This document shows positions 1 through 12,169 of a stretch of 64,000 bases of DNA, in pieces. A program made the position numbers and the translations under genes. Under the pieces are notes generated by a model, which saw only the letters and a list, made by a program, of their open reading frames with translations, had not been told where the DNA came from and made no database searches. Where the stretch lies: positions 100,006,001 to 100,070,000 of the forward strand of contig OZ024745.1 of assembly GCA_964016885.1 (NCBI GenBank). Reading direction: 5' to 3'. The DNA comes from Eledone cirrhosa. Lineage: Eukaryota. Each line of letters begins with the position of its first letter. The stretch's first letter is position 1.

Positions 1-244
1 ATCTCCATGATAAATGTACCCAGTACACATTGTAAAGTGGTTGGTGATAAGAAGAGCAACCAGCTGTAGAAAGCTTGCCAAACAAAGGGTTGGGAGGACT
101 CTTCAGTTGTGGTCAAAGACATGACAACCTCCTTAGTGTTGGTGCCATGATAAAATACACTTTGTAGAGCACAGAGGCATATTGATTCTATCTGTGAAGA
201 CCCACCCAACCCAAGGGAAGATTGACATTAAGTATTGAGGACTA

Positions 245-290
<46 letters not shown>

Positions 291-294
<4 letters not shown>

Positions 295-675
295 GCGAAG
301 CAAAGTTAGTTATCGTTAGAAGAAATAACTCGGATAACTGGTTTACTTTTGATATAAAATTTACTCCACTTCAGTCAAAAAGAACAACAAATAAGTTACC
401 ACGAGTCGCGAAGGTTGACGATGTTATTTTGTTGTTGATATGAAAACAGCGAGTGACCAGACAATGTTTGTTGGTGGTTGTAGTCCGTGGTAGTAGTTCT
501 CATGGTGATTGAACCTCCTCTCTCTTGGTACCGGCTATTTATATTGCCAGCTTCCTCTGTCCCCAGCCTTGAGAGATCGCCCACTCATCAACTTGTTTAC
601 GCCAAAAGGGTGGTGACCTAGAATTTGACCTTTAGGTGTCACCCAGGGTTCGAGGTATGGACAGATTTCACTACA
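291..675 (-). mobile_element. Probable solo LTR (~385 bp)
   Basis: Ends TGAAGCGAA...TTCACTACA form an imperfect TG..CA inverted pair, flanked by TATA. The - strand has a TATA-like TATAAATAG. It shares gaagcaaagttag..tta.cgtt with the LTRs at 34802 and 36531. Confidence 0.55.
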
Positions 676-1247
676 TATATACCATCATCATCAACATTTA
701 ACGTCTACTTATCCACACTTAGATGGGGTAGACAGGCCATCCAGATTTGAGGCAAGTCTGGCCATTTGACTGTGCCATACCTTGCTCAAACGGAACTGTA
801 TTTTAGTTGGGTTTTTTACAGCTGGGTACCCTTTCTAACACCAATAAAGTATAGAAAACCAAGATGAAGAAATTTAAGACATTATTTTCCTTTCAAACAG
901 TTACCTTCAGTCCAAATCCATAATAGAAAAGACTTGCTCAGACCCTGGAACCAACTGACAGCTATGTTTTCACCTTAAATAAGAAATATTTATAAAAGTG
1001 ATTTCTTCATATGTTTCTTCTGCATGAACCCCTTCTACAAACCATTGCTAAAATTTCTCCATCCAACTAGATATGATAATGTTACTTAATTTGCAATGAA
1101 TTTCAAGTAATATATATTCAATACTGATGCATATGAGATGAATTGAGTTTTCTAAACCTTTATATTATTCTAAGTATTTGTTAGAATAACAATATAAGGT
1201 TATCCATAATGAATTCGTATAATGATTGTTATATTCATTTAGTTTAA

Positions 1248-1468
1248 CCCTTTAGCATTTACATTATTCTACATTTACTTTTGTATTTTCATGGTAAACA
1301 TTTTATTTTGTATAATTATCTCTCATAATATCGAATCTATGAGATTTTGATATTATTTATTTTGAAAACAATACCTTAACATAAGTATGAGCAGCTGGTT
1401 ATGGCCGGTTGAAACAGAAAGATGTGAGAGAATTCTGGCTGGATATGGTTGGTTTAAATGTTAAAAGG
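1248..1468. mobile_element. piggyBac-type MITE (TTAA|CCCTTTAGCATTT family)
   Basis: TTAA on both sides, with CCCTTTAGCATTT and a degenerate inverted end. The same ~200-bp body recurs at 5014 and six times in 23.0-27.8 kb. Confidence 0.7.
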
Positions 1469-3512
1469 TTAACCTTTCACAACCATATTTCAAATGAGAA
1501 ACACTGTCTGTGTAAGATTTTCAAATAATTTAGAAAATACAGGATTTGAATGGATTTAGTAATATAACTAATTTTCTCATTAAGACAGTACAACTTACCA
1601 AAGGTTCTCGCATTAAATTATGGTGAATGCTTTTCAGATAGATTTAATCACTTTAAAACAAAATGTTTCATATCACCGACCCAGATTATAATTAAAATTT
1701 ATCAAAATATGAATTTTGCTTGGTGGCCTTTCAATAAAATGCCAGTTTATTTTTATTTATTTTTTAAACTTTTGACCATTTTGAGAATAATCAAGAATTT
1801 AGAGAGATTTAGTAATATAATGAACTTTCTCATTATTAAGTTTTAGTGTTCAGAATATAATAACAGCGCTTACATAAATATTTTAGGTAAATTAAAAACA
1901 TCTTTATATCATAGAACTTGGGCCAGTTTCATGTGACTTCATATCAAAGGAATTCAAGTAGTATTGCAAATACCCACTTAATCATTATCATCATTTTACA
2001 TCCATTTTCCATGTTGCAATTGGTTGAAGGTACTTCTTATTCATCCACAAACTTTTTATTAATAATATAATTTATATTGTTAAAAATATAAACATGAAAG
2101 GGTTAAATCTTAGCTGAGTTTATCAATATAGTATTGATACTATTGTTACATTACCCAGCAATTATCATACTTTTCTATTGTTATGTTGTTTACACTGTAT
2201 TCACAAAAGTTTCTTTCTTTTGTATACAATTAATTACTCTTTCTAGTAATATAGGTATTTTATATTATATAAGTATGTATGTGTGTGTAGGAAACACTTC
2301 TTCATAATTAGGTAAAAATTATATTGAAAATAATTGCCTAAAGGTGTAACATATGCATACATGTATGTGCAAATACAGTGGGAAATGGTTGGTTAAATAG
2401 AAAACATTGTTTTATATAGGCATAAGCATGGGTGTGTAGTTAAGGAGTTCGCTTTACAACCACATAGTCTTCTACTATAGCAATGTTTTGTGAGTGAAAT
2501 TTGGTAAACAGAAACTGCAAATGTTCATCACTGTGTCTGTGTTTATGTCCTAAAACTTAGCAGTTTGACAAAAAGAGATAGATAAAATAAGTACCAGACT
2601 TGAAACATTAGGTACTTTATTCGATATAATTAACTAAATCCTTTGATGGTGGTGTCCCAGCACGATCATCACAGTCTGACAGAAACTAGTAAAAGAGTAA
2701 GATATTTTTAAAAGCATACAATGTCCTTAAAGAGGATGTTGGGAAGATAGTTTTTTCAATTATTATGAAGTGATATTGTTTGGTTTCCTGTAAGTCATCA
2801 TCAATTTTATATTTTCTAATATTGTTTAGTTTCTCAACTATATTTCATGATCTTAATATGGAATATAAAATATCCTTCTTTTACAATTGATGTTATTTTC
2901 AGTGTAGCATTTTGTACACTACTGTATCATACATTGGGCAAGTGTCTGCCACTTTAACCCTGAGCCTTGGGAATAGCTTTTGTAGACAGAAACTGTAAGG
3001 ATGCCCATCATGTGCATATATGTGTGTGTGTGTGTATGTAAATGGTTAATTTTCTTTTTAATGATAAGGTTTCACTGTGTGGGTATATATAAATATGAAT
3101 CTGTGTGTATGCCAGTCACTGCAAAACATGAATCATATTGACACTTTCTAAAAATGCCAGCAGTTTCATCATGTTCTCCTCAACCATATATCCTACAGCA
3201 CATCAGTTGGACATGCATTAGCTGTATATATATCACATTTGAAAATTTAAGTATGGGCTGGCATGAAAAAACCCACCTCAAAATGTCTCATTTTAACCCA
3301 TGCAAGCATGGAAAGAATGGATGTAAAAATAATGATGTCTTAAAATCTGCAAGGAGTAACTCTGAAGTAAAATACATTCTGTAAAATCACTTCCCTAATT
3401 GAATATCCAATTACAGGTTTCATGTCAATGTTCATTTAATTGCAACCATTTATGTGAACTGTTATACTTCTTAATTTAAATGCTTTATTTTATTTATTTA
3501 TTTATTTTACAG

Positions 3513-3571
3513 ACAATCTAAAAATGTCTGTCAAGGGAGGTGGGATCCGACCACTAGATCCTAATCTATAA
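3513..3571 (+). CDS. Candidate alternative terminal exon (or 27-nt microexon) of the RPRD2-like gene
   Basis: Strong T-rich acceptor tttattttacag. Phase-1 reading gives xNLKMSVKGGGIRPLDPNL*. ATTAAA at 3581 is followed by a GU-rich tract, and AATAAA is at 3616. A weak donor GAG|gtggga follows 3539. Confidence 0.35.
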
Positions 3572-5189
3572 AACAGATGCATTAAAGTTTCCAATTTTTG
3601 TGTTTCTGTTTTTTTAATAAAATTGTTACATAGAATAATCCATCTTTCATAATTACTAGTTCTGTGTCTGTCAGCTGACTAATTACATGTGTAATTAGAT
3701 TTTTACAGTCTGTAATTAGGCACCTTAACTGCTTTCTGTTTTAGTCCTTGAGTTAGCGTGATTCTCTGTTAGATATGTCTCTATGTTACAGCAATACATT
3801 TAAAGAAAAGGATCTTTTAAACTTTCTATACAAGTGAAAGGTTTTGTTTATTTTAGCTTTTATATCATGTGACTTCCTTCATGTGCAAAACTTCAGTTTA
3901 ATTGGTATATACTATCCTTTAGAACATTGCTGATTCTTTATTACCTTAATGTCACTAGCAAGATTGGGAAATGTATTATCTGAAATTCAAAGCTATTTCC
4001 ATTTTATTGGTTAATTTGTTTGTATGTTTTATTTGTTATTTTCGTCTTTTTCAAGTATTCCTTCTTTAACAGGCAACAATCAATTTGTTTTACATTCTCT
4101 GGTTTGTAATTTAAACCTCTTGCATGATTATCTGAGATTTTATGAAACAAAACCACTTATTTTAAAAGATTCCAAATTAAATTAAAACTTTCTAACATAA
4201 TTTGATATAAGAATCTTTGTTATGAATACCATCTTAATAAAATAATAATAATTTTAATAAATCCCTCCAAATTCTTCATTAATTAATTCAGATACAGTGT
4301 ATTTCATTAGAAATCATCATCATCATCACCGTTTTACGTCCGTTCTTCCATGCTAAACTGGAGCATTGTGAAATAAAGTGTCTTGCTCAAGGAAACAACA
4401 CATCACCCAGTCCAAGAATTGAACTCACAACCTTTCAATTGCAAGCCCAATGCTCTAACCACTAAGCCATGTGCCTTATGATAGTGAAATGATTAAATAA
4501 TAAATTACCCATGCTAGAACCCAATGCATATTTGAAGATTTTAAGGTAAATTTAAGGAGATATAATGTCAAAGTGTGAAGTTTAAGTAAGCACTTTCAAC
4601 TATTCCTCCATACACAAAACATTGTGTGCATTTTAGAGCTTTTTGTCCCTTTATCTAGATTTGACTGCAAAAAAGGTTTTTTTTTTTTGTTGTTTCGTTT
4701 TATAAGTTACCATCTTAGCTTAGTCAGAAGTTCAAGTCGTTCTTGGTTAGCTTATAGGTCTGATTAAAAACAGTTCAGCTATGACCATCTCATATTTGTA
4801 TTTCTAAGCGCAATGTATCTAGGGCCACATTATCTAATGTGTCATTTCCCTTTTAGGTTGGTAGGATGTTGTTTCAAGAAGATTTATCTGCTATTTATAA
4901 CAGTTTAAATCACCACACTGGGGTTCCCTCAATAAATAATGGCACAGAAAAGAATATTTTAAATGGCAAACTTCTGTATGATTTATAATTGAATATTTCT
5001 TAAATTTGTTTAACCCTTCAGCATTTGAACCGGCCATATCCGGCCAGAATTCTCTCACCTCTTTCTGTTCAAACTGACTGTTAAGGTATTGTTCTCAATA
5101 AATTATATCAAAATCTCTTAGATTCAATATTATGTGAGGTAATGCCTTTACCATGAAAATATAAAAGTAAATATAATAGTATAGAGTAA

Positions 5190-5191
5190 TC

Positions 5192-5223
<32 letters not shown>

Positions 5224-5730
5224 TTTACGTCCGCTTTTCCCTGCTTGCAAGGGTGGGACGGGTCTTATTCAGCACAGCATCTCTCCACTCGTCACGGTCC
5301 CTCGTCATCTCCACCGTGAGCTTCAATGATCTGAGGTCTGTTCTCACCACCTCCGCCCATGTTTTTCGTGGTCTACCTCTACCACGTCTTCCTTCAACTG
5401 GCATTTCCTGGCACTTCTTCACCCATCGGTCATCCTCCATGCGCATCACATGTCCATACCACCTCAGTCTCCTCTCCCGTACACTACATTCTATCCCTCT
5501 CAGACACAGTTTCTCTGTCAACACATTTATGCTGGGTCGTTCACGCACATTTACACTGCACATCCAACGGAGCATGCTTGCCTCATTTCTCTCCAGCCGT
5601 CGCATATCCTCTGCGGTTGCTGCCCATGTCTCACTACCATGCAGCATCGCGCTCCTCACACAGGCATCATACAACCGGCCTTTCGTACACAGGGAGAAAC
5701 CCTTCTTCGTCAACAGAGGAAGCAGCTCCC
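5190..5730 (-). mobile_element. RTE-clade LINE, 5'-truncated 3' end (family 1)
   Basis: ORF 5225-5713 has MLHGSETW, RRLRWYGHVMRM and GRRGRGRPRKTW, typical of the RTE ORF C-terminus. Tail is (ATG)n on the - strand. Confidence 0.9.
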
Positions 5731-7607
5731 TAAACTGGGGATTTAGGAAATATCAATGGGAATAGTGTCTTTGCAGACATACTAAGATTTTTTAAGTTGC
5801 TATGAGACAAAAACTAATTCTCTTGCATATTTTGACTTGATATGCCTGGTGGTATCTTAGCAGTTGTCTTAGTCTTTTGTTGTTTCTAAATAGTTTTTAC
5901 ATATTTTTCTTTTTTCCCCTAAACGATGGCTTCAGCTAATGGTTTTTCAATTAGATGCCCTTCATACAGCTTTGCCATTCAATTTTAGAGTATAAGTGTC
6001 ATGTATTGTTAGCTGAGCACACTGGGAAATGTATTTTATGGACATAACCCCCCACCCCCCACAAAAAAAAACAGTAATATTTTCATAAATTTCATAGTTA
6101 CATTTTATTTGTAGTTCATAAAAATATAGATTTTGGTGGTTGTTTTATTGAAAAAAATATTTTGTTATCTCGCATTCAAGATTTGTTATTTTTATTATAT
6201 GGTTATGGGCTTGGTAACTCAAAAGTTATGGGTTTAACATGTCGCCATTGCATTGTACTCAACTTACAGAACTGAAATATTGAGCCATTGTTAATCCTAT
6301 GTATTTTTCCTGATTTATTTATTTTATTCACTGCCAGTATTTGATTACAAATTACAATAGCTCACACACACATACATACATGCATCCACACATTTAGATA
6401 TGCATGCACTCACACACACAGGCTTGTAAGTTTATAATAAACCGATTTCTGTTTATAATACTGCTTTAGTTTAATCACTGAATATATTGAGAAGCTTGTC
6501 TATATCCACTACCCATAATTCAGTTCAGATAATTTTTATTAAATGAAAGCTGCTATATAAGCATCTTTGTTTTCTGTTTCTTGAGTTTATAAATTCTAAC
6601 CGCCTGGTTAATGTTTAATCTTTCTCTAAGTGTGTAACTCTTGTTCTTAAAAATAAATAAAACTGCTAATCTGTCTTCTAGATGTTAGAGTTCCCTATTT
6701 CTACATGTTAATATGTATGACTTCACTGAATATTAATGTATTTAATAACATTAATGTCACTTTCCATTAACTTATATGTTTTTAAAATGGCTTCACTTTT
6801 TGAGCTCACTCCACTGTCTTTAGCTTGATAATCATCATCATCATCATCATTTCATTTTACGTCCGCTTTTTCCCTGCTTGCAAGGGTGGGACAATAAAAA
6901 GATTTCCAGTTTAAAATGTTAAATTTGTGAGTTCTCACGATCTCTAATATTGTTGAATTCAGCTGAATTGTTGACTTCAGCTCCATGAATACATTGTTTT
7001 TATACAAGTTTACATGCATAAAACATGGTCCTCCAGCCATCTCCATATTTGTTATTTAATTTTTCAATTCGATTTTTTGTTTCTTACTTCCAACACCTAG
7101 TCCATATCTTTTTCTGAAACTTCTTTCATATTCCAAACTTCTATAGTTATTAAACTATAAACTTGAGCAATATTAGTTGTTAATTAAAGTTATTTATATT
7201 TTTTATACATAAACTTGTCAAGCCTTATAAGATTGTGTCAAATATCCTCATTAACCTACTGTTTACATGTGGCAATTTAGAGCATGAGGTTTAATGATGG
7301 CAAAATTTAATTGCTAGCTTTAGCAACTCTCTCAGTATTTTTTTTATTTTCTTCATATAACAGCTGATGCTGCAATGTGGATATAAGGTTTTGATAAATC
7401 ATGACTACAACTTAGTTTGGATTCCCAGCTGGAATTGTTCCATTTCGCTCTCTTCACTAATATCTTAGGAAATGTGAAGATCATAATCCAAAAGTTGATA
7501 TTATTATATGTAGTGACCCAAGTGATAGTTGAAAAACAAAGTGCATGATCTCCATATCAATTTAGTTATAAAAATGTATGTTATATTCTTATCTGTTAAC
7601 TTAATTA

Positions 7608-7776
7608 CTGTATTTCCTGGCACCATAGACGCTTCGTCCTCGAGGACGCACCCTAATTTTGACAACCAAAAATTTGAAAAAAAAATAGTAAACACCCTTC
7701 GGTCTCCAGGACGCATGATAGATTTTTAAGACTTATTTTAGGGAAAAAGTATCGTCTTTGACACCGGGAAATACGG
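7608..7776. mobile_element. Tc1/mariner (pogo/Tc2-like) MITE
   Basis: TA|CTGTATTTCCTGG...CCGGGAAATACGG|TA terminal inverted repeats with TA flanks; 169 bp. Confidence 0.7.
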
Positions 7777-8098
7777 TATCTGGCTTTGTAGGTTTAATCT
7801 AGTCTAACTGCATAGTGTATTTTTTTTTTTGCTTATTGTAATTTTAACTATATTGCATATGTAAATAGTAGTGGAATCTTCCCCTAGAACATTAGGTAAT
7901 GTAGTACTCATAAAAAGACAGGGTGGTCACAGCTGGAATGCCAGTCTGCTCAATCAGGGTACTTTTATCTAAGTAGACTGTGAAGTATATATCTTACCTA
8001 TAAACACAGCAAAATAACTAAGATTCAGTTTTCAAAATAACAACACTAACTTCTGAGCCCTAGAATGTAAAGTTTTCTTCAATTTTTCTTTTATTTAG

Positions 8099-8203
8099 AA
8101 AGAAAATCTGAATCCTCTCCTAAATCTGTGTCATCAGTCTCTCCCTCACCTGATTCCAACCGTACTGTAGACCTTAAAGACAATGCTGAGGAATCCTGTG
8201 AAT
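8099..8203 (+). CDS. RPRD2: Internal exon of RPRD2-like gene (105 nt, phase 1-1)
   Basis: Acceptor ttttcttttatttag and donor AAT|gtaagt. Open reading RKSESSPKSVSSVSPSPDSNRTVDLKDNAEESCE. Its last T plus CA at 12170 restores a Ser codon in frame with the large ORF. Confidence 0.8.
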
Positions 8204-8219
8204 GTAAGTATTATTTACA

Positions 8220-8690
8220 CTAGCAAAAAAACCACCCTTCAGGTGGTTTTCTGCTAGCATGTGTAGTGTGTATATTGATATTATACGCAAGTATATATAC
8301 ATGTAGATATGATACATCAAATAAAATCGTAATTGACAATATACACAGAAATTGAACAGAGACGTTGTTACACTGTCTTATGTAATCAGTAACGTAATCC
8401 ATGATACATTAAAAAAAAAGATATTATATATAAACTGCATTAGGAAATAATTAGTGACAAAATTAGTATGTTTATTTAGGCCAACCGGAAGTGTTGACAT
8501 TTCAGAAATTTTAAAGAAGTGAATCTTTAAATAAACAAAACATTTTTAATCAACAGCCACGAAATTTAGTAGATAAATTATGTAATATTCATTCATTATT
8601 TATTCAAAGTTATCCAACTTATTTTACTAATGGGATAAAAAATTATAAACCGTACGCAGTCCCACGCTCCTTACTTTATTATAGTTTAGA
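8220..8690 (-). mobile_element. Non-autonomous Helitron (471 bp)
   Basis: The - strand starts A|TCTAAACTATAATAAAG and ends with hairpin AAAACCACC-TGAAG-GGTGGTTTT then CTAG|T. Inserted between A and T with no TSD. Confidence 0.75.
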
Positions 8691-8763
8691 TATCTTGCTA
8701 GAACTTTTCGTTAAGAAATATTTTCATAATTACTGTATTATTGTTGTTTTATACTATTACATT

Positions 8764-9926
8764 CATCATTATCATCGTCGTTTAACGTCTATCTTCCACG
8801 CTAGCATGGGTTTAGATGGGAATTGTCCCAGGTGAGGCAAGATTGGTTGTCTTGCTCGTATAGGACTGTCTGGCGGGTTTTCTACGGCTGGATGCCCTTC
8901 CTAACACCAACCACGTTTACAGTGTGGACTGTGTTTTTTTTTTGTCGTGACACCTACACGACCTCATTTATTTAGGACTGGATGTTGTGGCACCAACATA
9001 ACTTTAGGTGTAGATTGGGGTGGGGGTAAGGGTAGTAGGGTGGGGTGTATTTTTGGTTAGGAGGTGCCTACTGACTGTAGGTTTTGCTTTGTACTTAGGC
9101 AAGGTGGGTCTTCTGTATTACTGCATAGCAACAAAGATCTCGGTCCAGTGACATTGTCTTGGAGAGGTGTAAGTGTGTAAGGTCGGAATTTATCAAATCG
9201 TCCCAGGTTTTTCTGGGTCTACCTACTCCATAGCTTCCATCTATTTTAATTGCCCTGCACTTTTTTATACAGCTGTCGTCTTTCATGCGCATCACGTGAC
9301 CATACCAATGTAGTCTTGTCTCGAGTAAACAGCATCTGATCCCTCTTATTCCTAATTTCTCACTTAGTTCATTTATGCTTTGCCGTTCACTATTACACAT
9401 CCAACGGAGCATGCAAGCTTCGTTCCTCTCCAGTCTGCGCAGATCCTCTGCACACAATGCCCATGTCTCACTGCCATGTAACATTGCTGTTCGTATGCAG
9501 GCATCATACAGCCTGCCTTTCATTTTTAGGGAGAAACCTTTAGCAGCCAATAGTGGTATAAGCTCTCTGAACTTTTTCCATCCCGTTCTGACTCTAGCTA
9601 CTGTACTTTCAGAGCACCCACCACCACTGCTGATTTTGTCACCCAGGTAACGGAAGGTGTCTACTATTTCTATAGAACCATCTGGGCAATGGAAGGAGCT
9701 AGTATGCTGTGGGCACTTGCTACTACTTATTGCACCTGAGCACTGGCCACATATAAAATCTATGTTCTTGGTTAGTTTACCTGTGATCCCACTACATCTT
9801 TTATGCACCCATACTTTGCATTTGGGACATAAAATGGAGTTTCTGTCTACTCCTTTCCTACACACTGAGCATGGCCATTTCCCGGAGGGGACCAGTGCCC
9901 TATTTTCCTTCCTACATACTAGAACA
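8764..9926 (-). mobile_element. RTE-clade LINE fragment (family 2, long 3' UTR)
   Basis: ORF 9095-9865 has a Cys-rich insert (CRKGV..ILCPKCKVWVHKRC), FRYLGD, LHGSETW and GRPRKTW. Nearly the same sequence as 38482-40328. Confidence 0.9.
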
Positions 9927-11227
9927 GTTTGTGTATACTATTAAATTTTTGAAACATGACTGAAAATTCTTAAAGGAAGCTTTTAATATAAATATAAATA
10001 TTTAAAAATGGAGAGTTTTGTGTCATAAAACCTGACAAGTTTAGTATCAAGAGGGTTAAACAAAGTATATATTTTTCAGAGATTACTTGAGTGGTTTCAG
10101 AGGGAAATGGGAATGCGACTTGTGAGATTTATAACTTTCCCAAGAGCTTTAGCAATCTAATATTGAAATTATCTAGATCATAGACTCAAATTATTTGGAG
10201 TCTTTCAGTTTGTTCTGTAATATTCATATTTGTTGCATAGTTCTTGGTTTTCACTTCTTTTTTAAAATCTGTATAACTAACAATGATATAATCCTTATAT
10301 AATGGCTGTGGAAACATGATATAAATTATGTTAAATAGCAATAAATTTTGATTTTAAAAATTGTTTTAGTTTTCAGTTGATGTTCTAATAATTATCATTT
10401 CATTTAGTTCCTCATTTTCTATTATATTTTTAATTGTTTAATCACCCTAGTTCTCTAATACAAAACTGTTTGTTTTAAAGTTCTTACATTTATCAAAAAA
10501 ATCCTTCCATTATAACTTTATATAAGAACCTTTGTAAAGTTACATTTCAAACACAGCCTTGATAGTAAGAAACTTATTTACTAATTCCCTCAGTTTTCTT
10601 GATAACTTTTATAATTAATTGAAAATCATGTCTGTTTCTTCATGTTGGTCTACATTGCTATAGTTCTTATTGAAAATATATTAGAATATGCAGTAGTGTT
10701 ATATTTGATGGCATTCGACACTGACCAGGTTGCTACTCTGTACAATCTAGCTAGTGTGCCACTACTCTAAACTACTTATCATATCTAACAAACTGCAGAA
10801 AACTTTCTTCCTATAGTATTTTCATGGGAAGCTTTCCTCTTTGTTGTCTCGTCTTCAAGAGTTTAAACAGAGTGCCAGATTGGTGGTCTCATCCAATTTA
10901 CAGTTGAAGTTCCTAAATGCAATCACAAATTCTATTCTGATAGCTTCTTTTCTTGCACATCTTATCTATGGAATTCTTGCTTTACTGAATACTTACTACA
11001 GTTTGCAAAAATTCACAAGCAACATAAATCATCTTCTTCCTTTTTTAATTATGTTCTCACTGTCTTGTCAGTCCCTTCTCAGTAACCCTTTGTATTTATT
11101 GCTATGCTTAGAGTGAGCAAGAAAACAAAAAAGTAATTCACACTTTTCATCATTCAAAGGTCAGAGCAACAGCTTGTAAATTAATATTGCATCACATTTT
11201 TATTGATTTATACATTGTTCAATTATA

Positions 11228-11377
11228 GACGGCAAATTGGCAGAGTCGTTAGAACGTCAGATAGAATGCTTTATGGTATTCCGTGTGGCTCTCTGCTCTC
11301 AAATCCTGCCGAGGTCAACTTTGCCTTTCATCCTTTCGAGGTCAATAAAAAAAGTACCAGTCTAGTACTGGGTCGAT
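11228..11377 (+). mobile_element. tRNA-headed SINE family C (also ~15232-15400, 26385-26685 twice, 37990-38110, 44355-44575, 54381-54500, 60685-60870)
   Basis: Recurrent body tcaaatcc.gccgagg.taactttgcctttcatcctt.cggggtcgataaaat.aagtaccag with A/B-box-like head. The core resembles Nin/Deu-type conserved SINE domains (from memory). Confidence 0.7.
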
Positions 11378-12169
11378 TCTTCCTCTATATCTCTTTCTCA
11401 TTTCCTCTCTCTCACTTCCTATCTTTCTCTGGAAGAAATCTGCTTTACTCAGGCCTGGAGAAGGATGGGTTCCGCCAGGCTTAAAATGCTCAAGAAACAC
11501 TATGTCAATATGGCACCCCTACGAGTTAAGGGACCATACAAAATATTGTTCAATTGCTACCTTAATCCTTTTGTTATCAAACTTTCTGAAATCAACCCAG
11601 GTTCGATGACACAAAGCTGTTTACTTTAAAGTGTTTATATTTATCTAAAATCTTCCTTCATAATTTTATAAAAGAATCTTCATTAGGTTATGCCCCAAAT
11701 GCCAGTATAATAATGGAAATATTATTTATATTACTAAATCTCTCCAAATTCTTAATTATTTTCAAAACCCATGCTAGCTTAGAAAAATGAATGTTAAATG
11801 GTGATGATGATGGCAGTGTATGTCATTAAAAATATGGTACCAAAAGTGTTAATGGTTGTGTAAGAAATCTTTCCACGTCAAATGATACATAGCCAGTAAT
11901 TGCTGTTGGAGTGTATGGAGCAGTTAAACCATTTATGACACCCTTCCATGTCCTTCTGCAAAAGTTCAAATTGATCGATTCACCAAGCACACCAAATAGT
12001 TTTATATCCCCATGCCTAGGAGAGATTTCAGTGCATGATGTCCTCTTTCTCAAATTCAGTAAAAAATAAATGAATAAAATTACAGAAACATTTTCCCCCC
12101 ACTGTAGGTACTGTTTAATAGAATGATTCCAAATAGCATTATTTTTATTGTCTTCATTTATCTTTTCAG

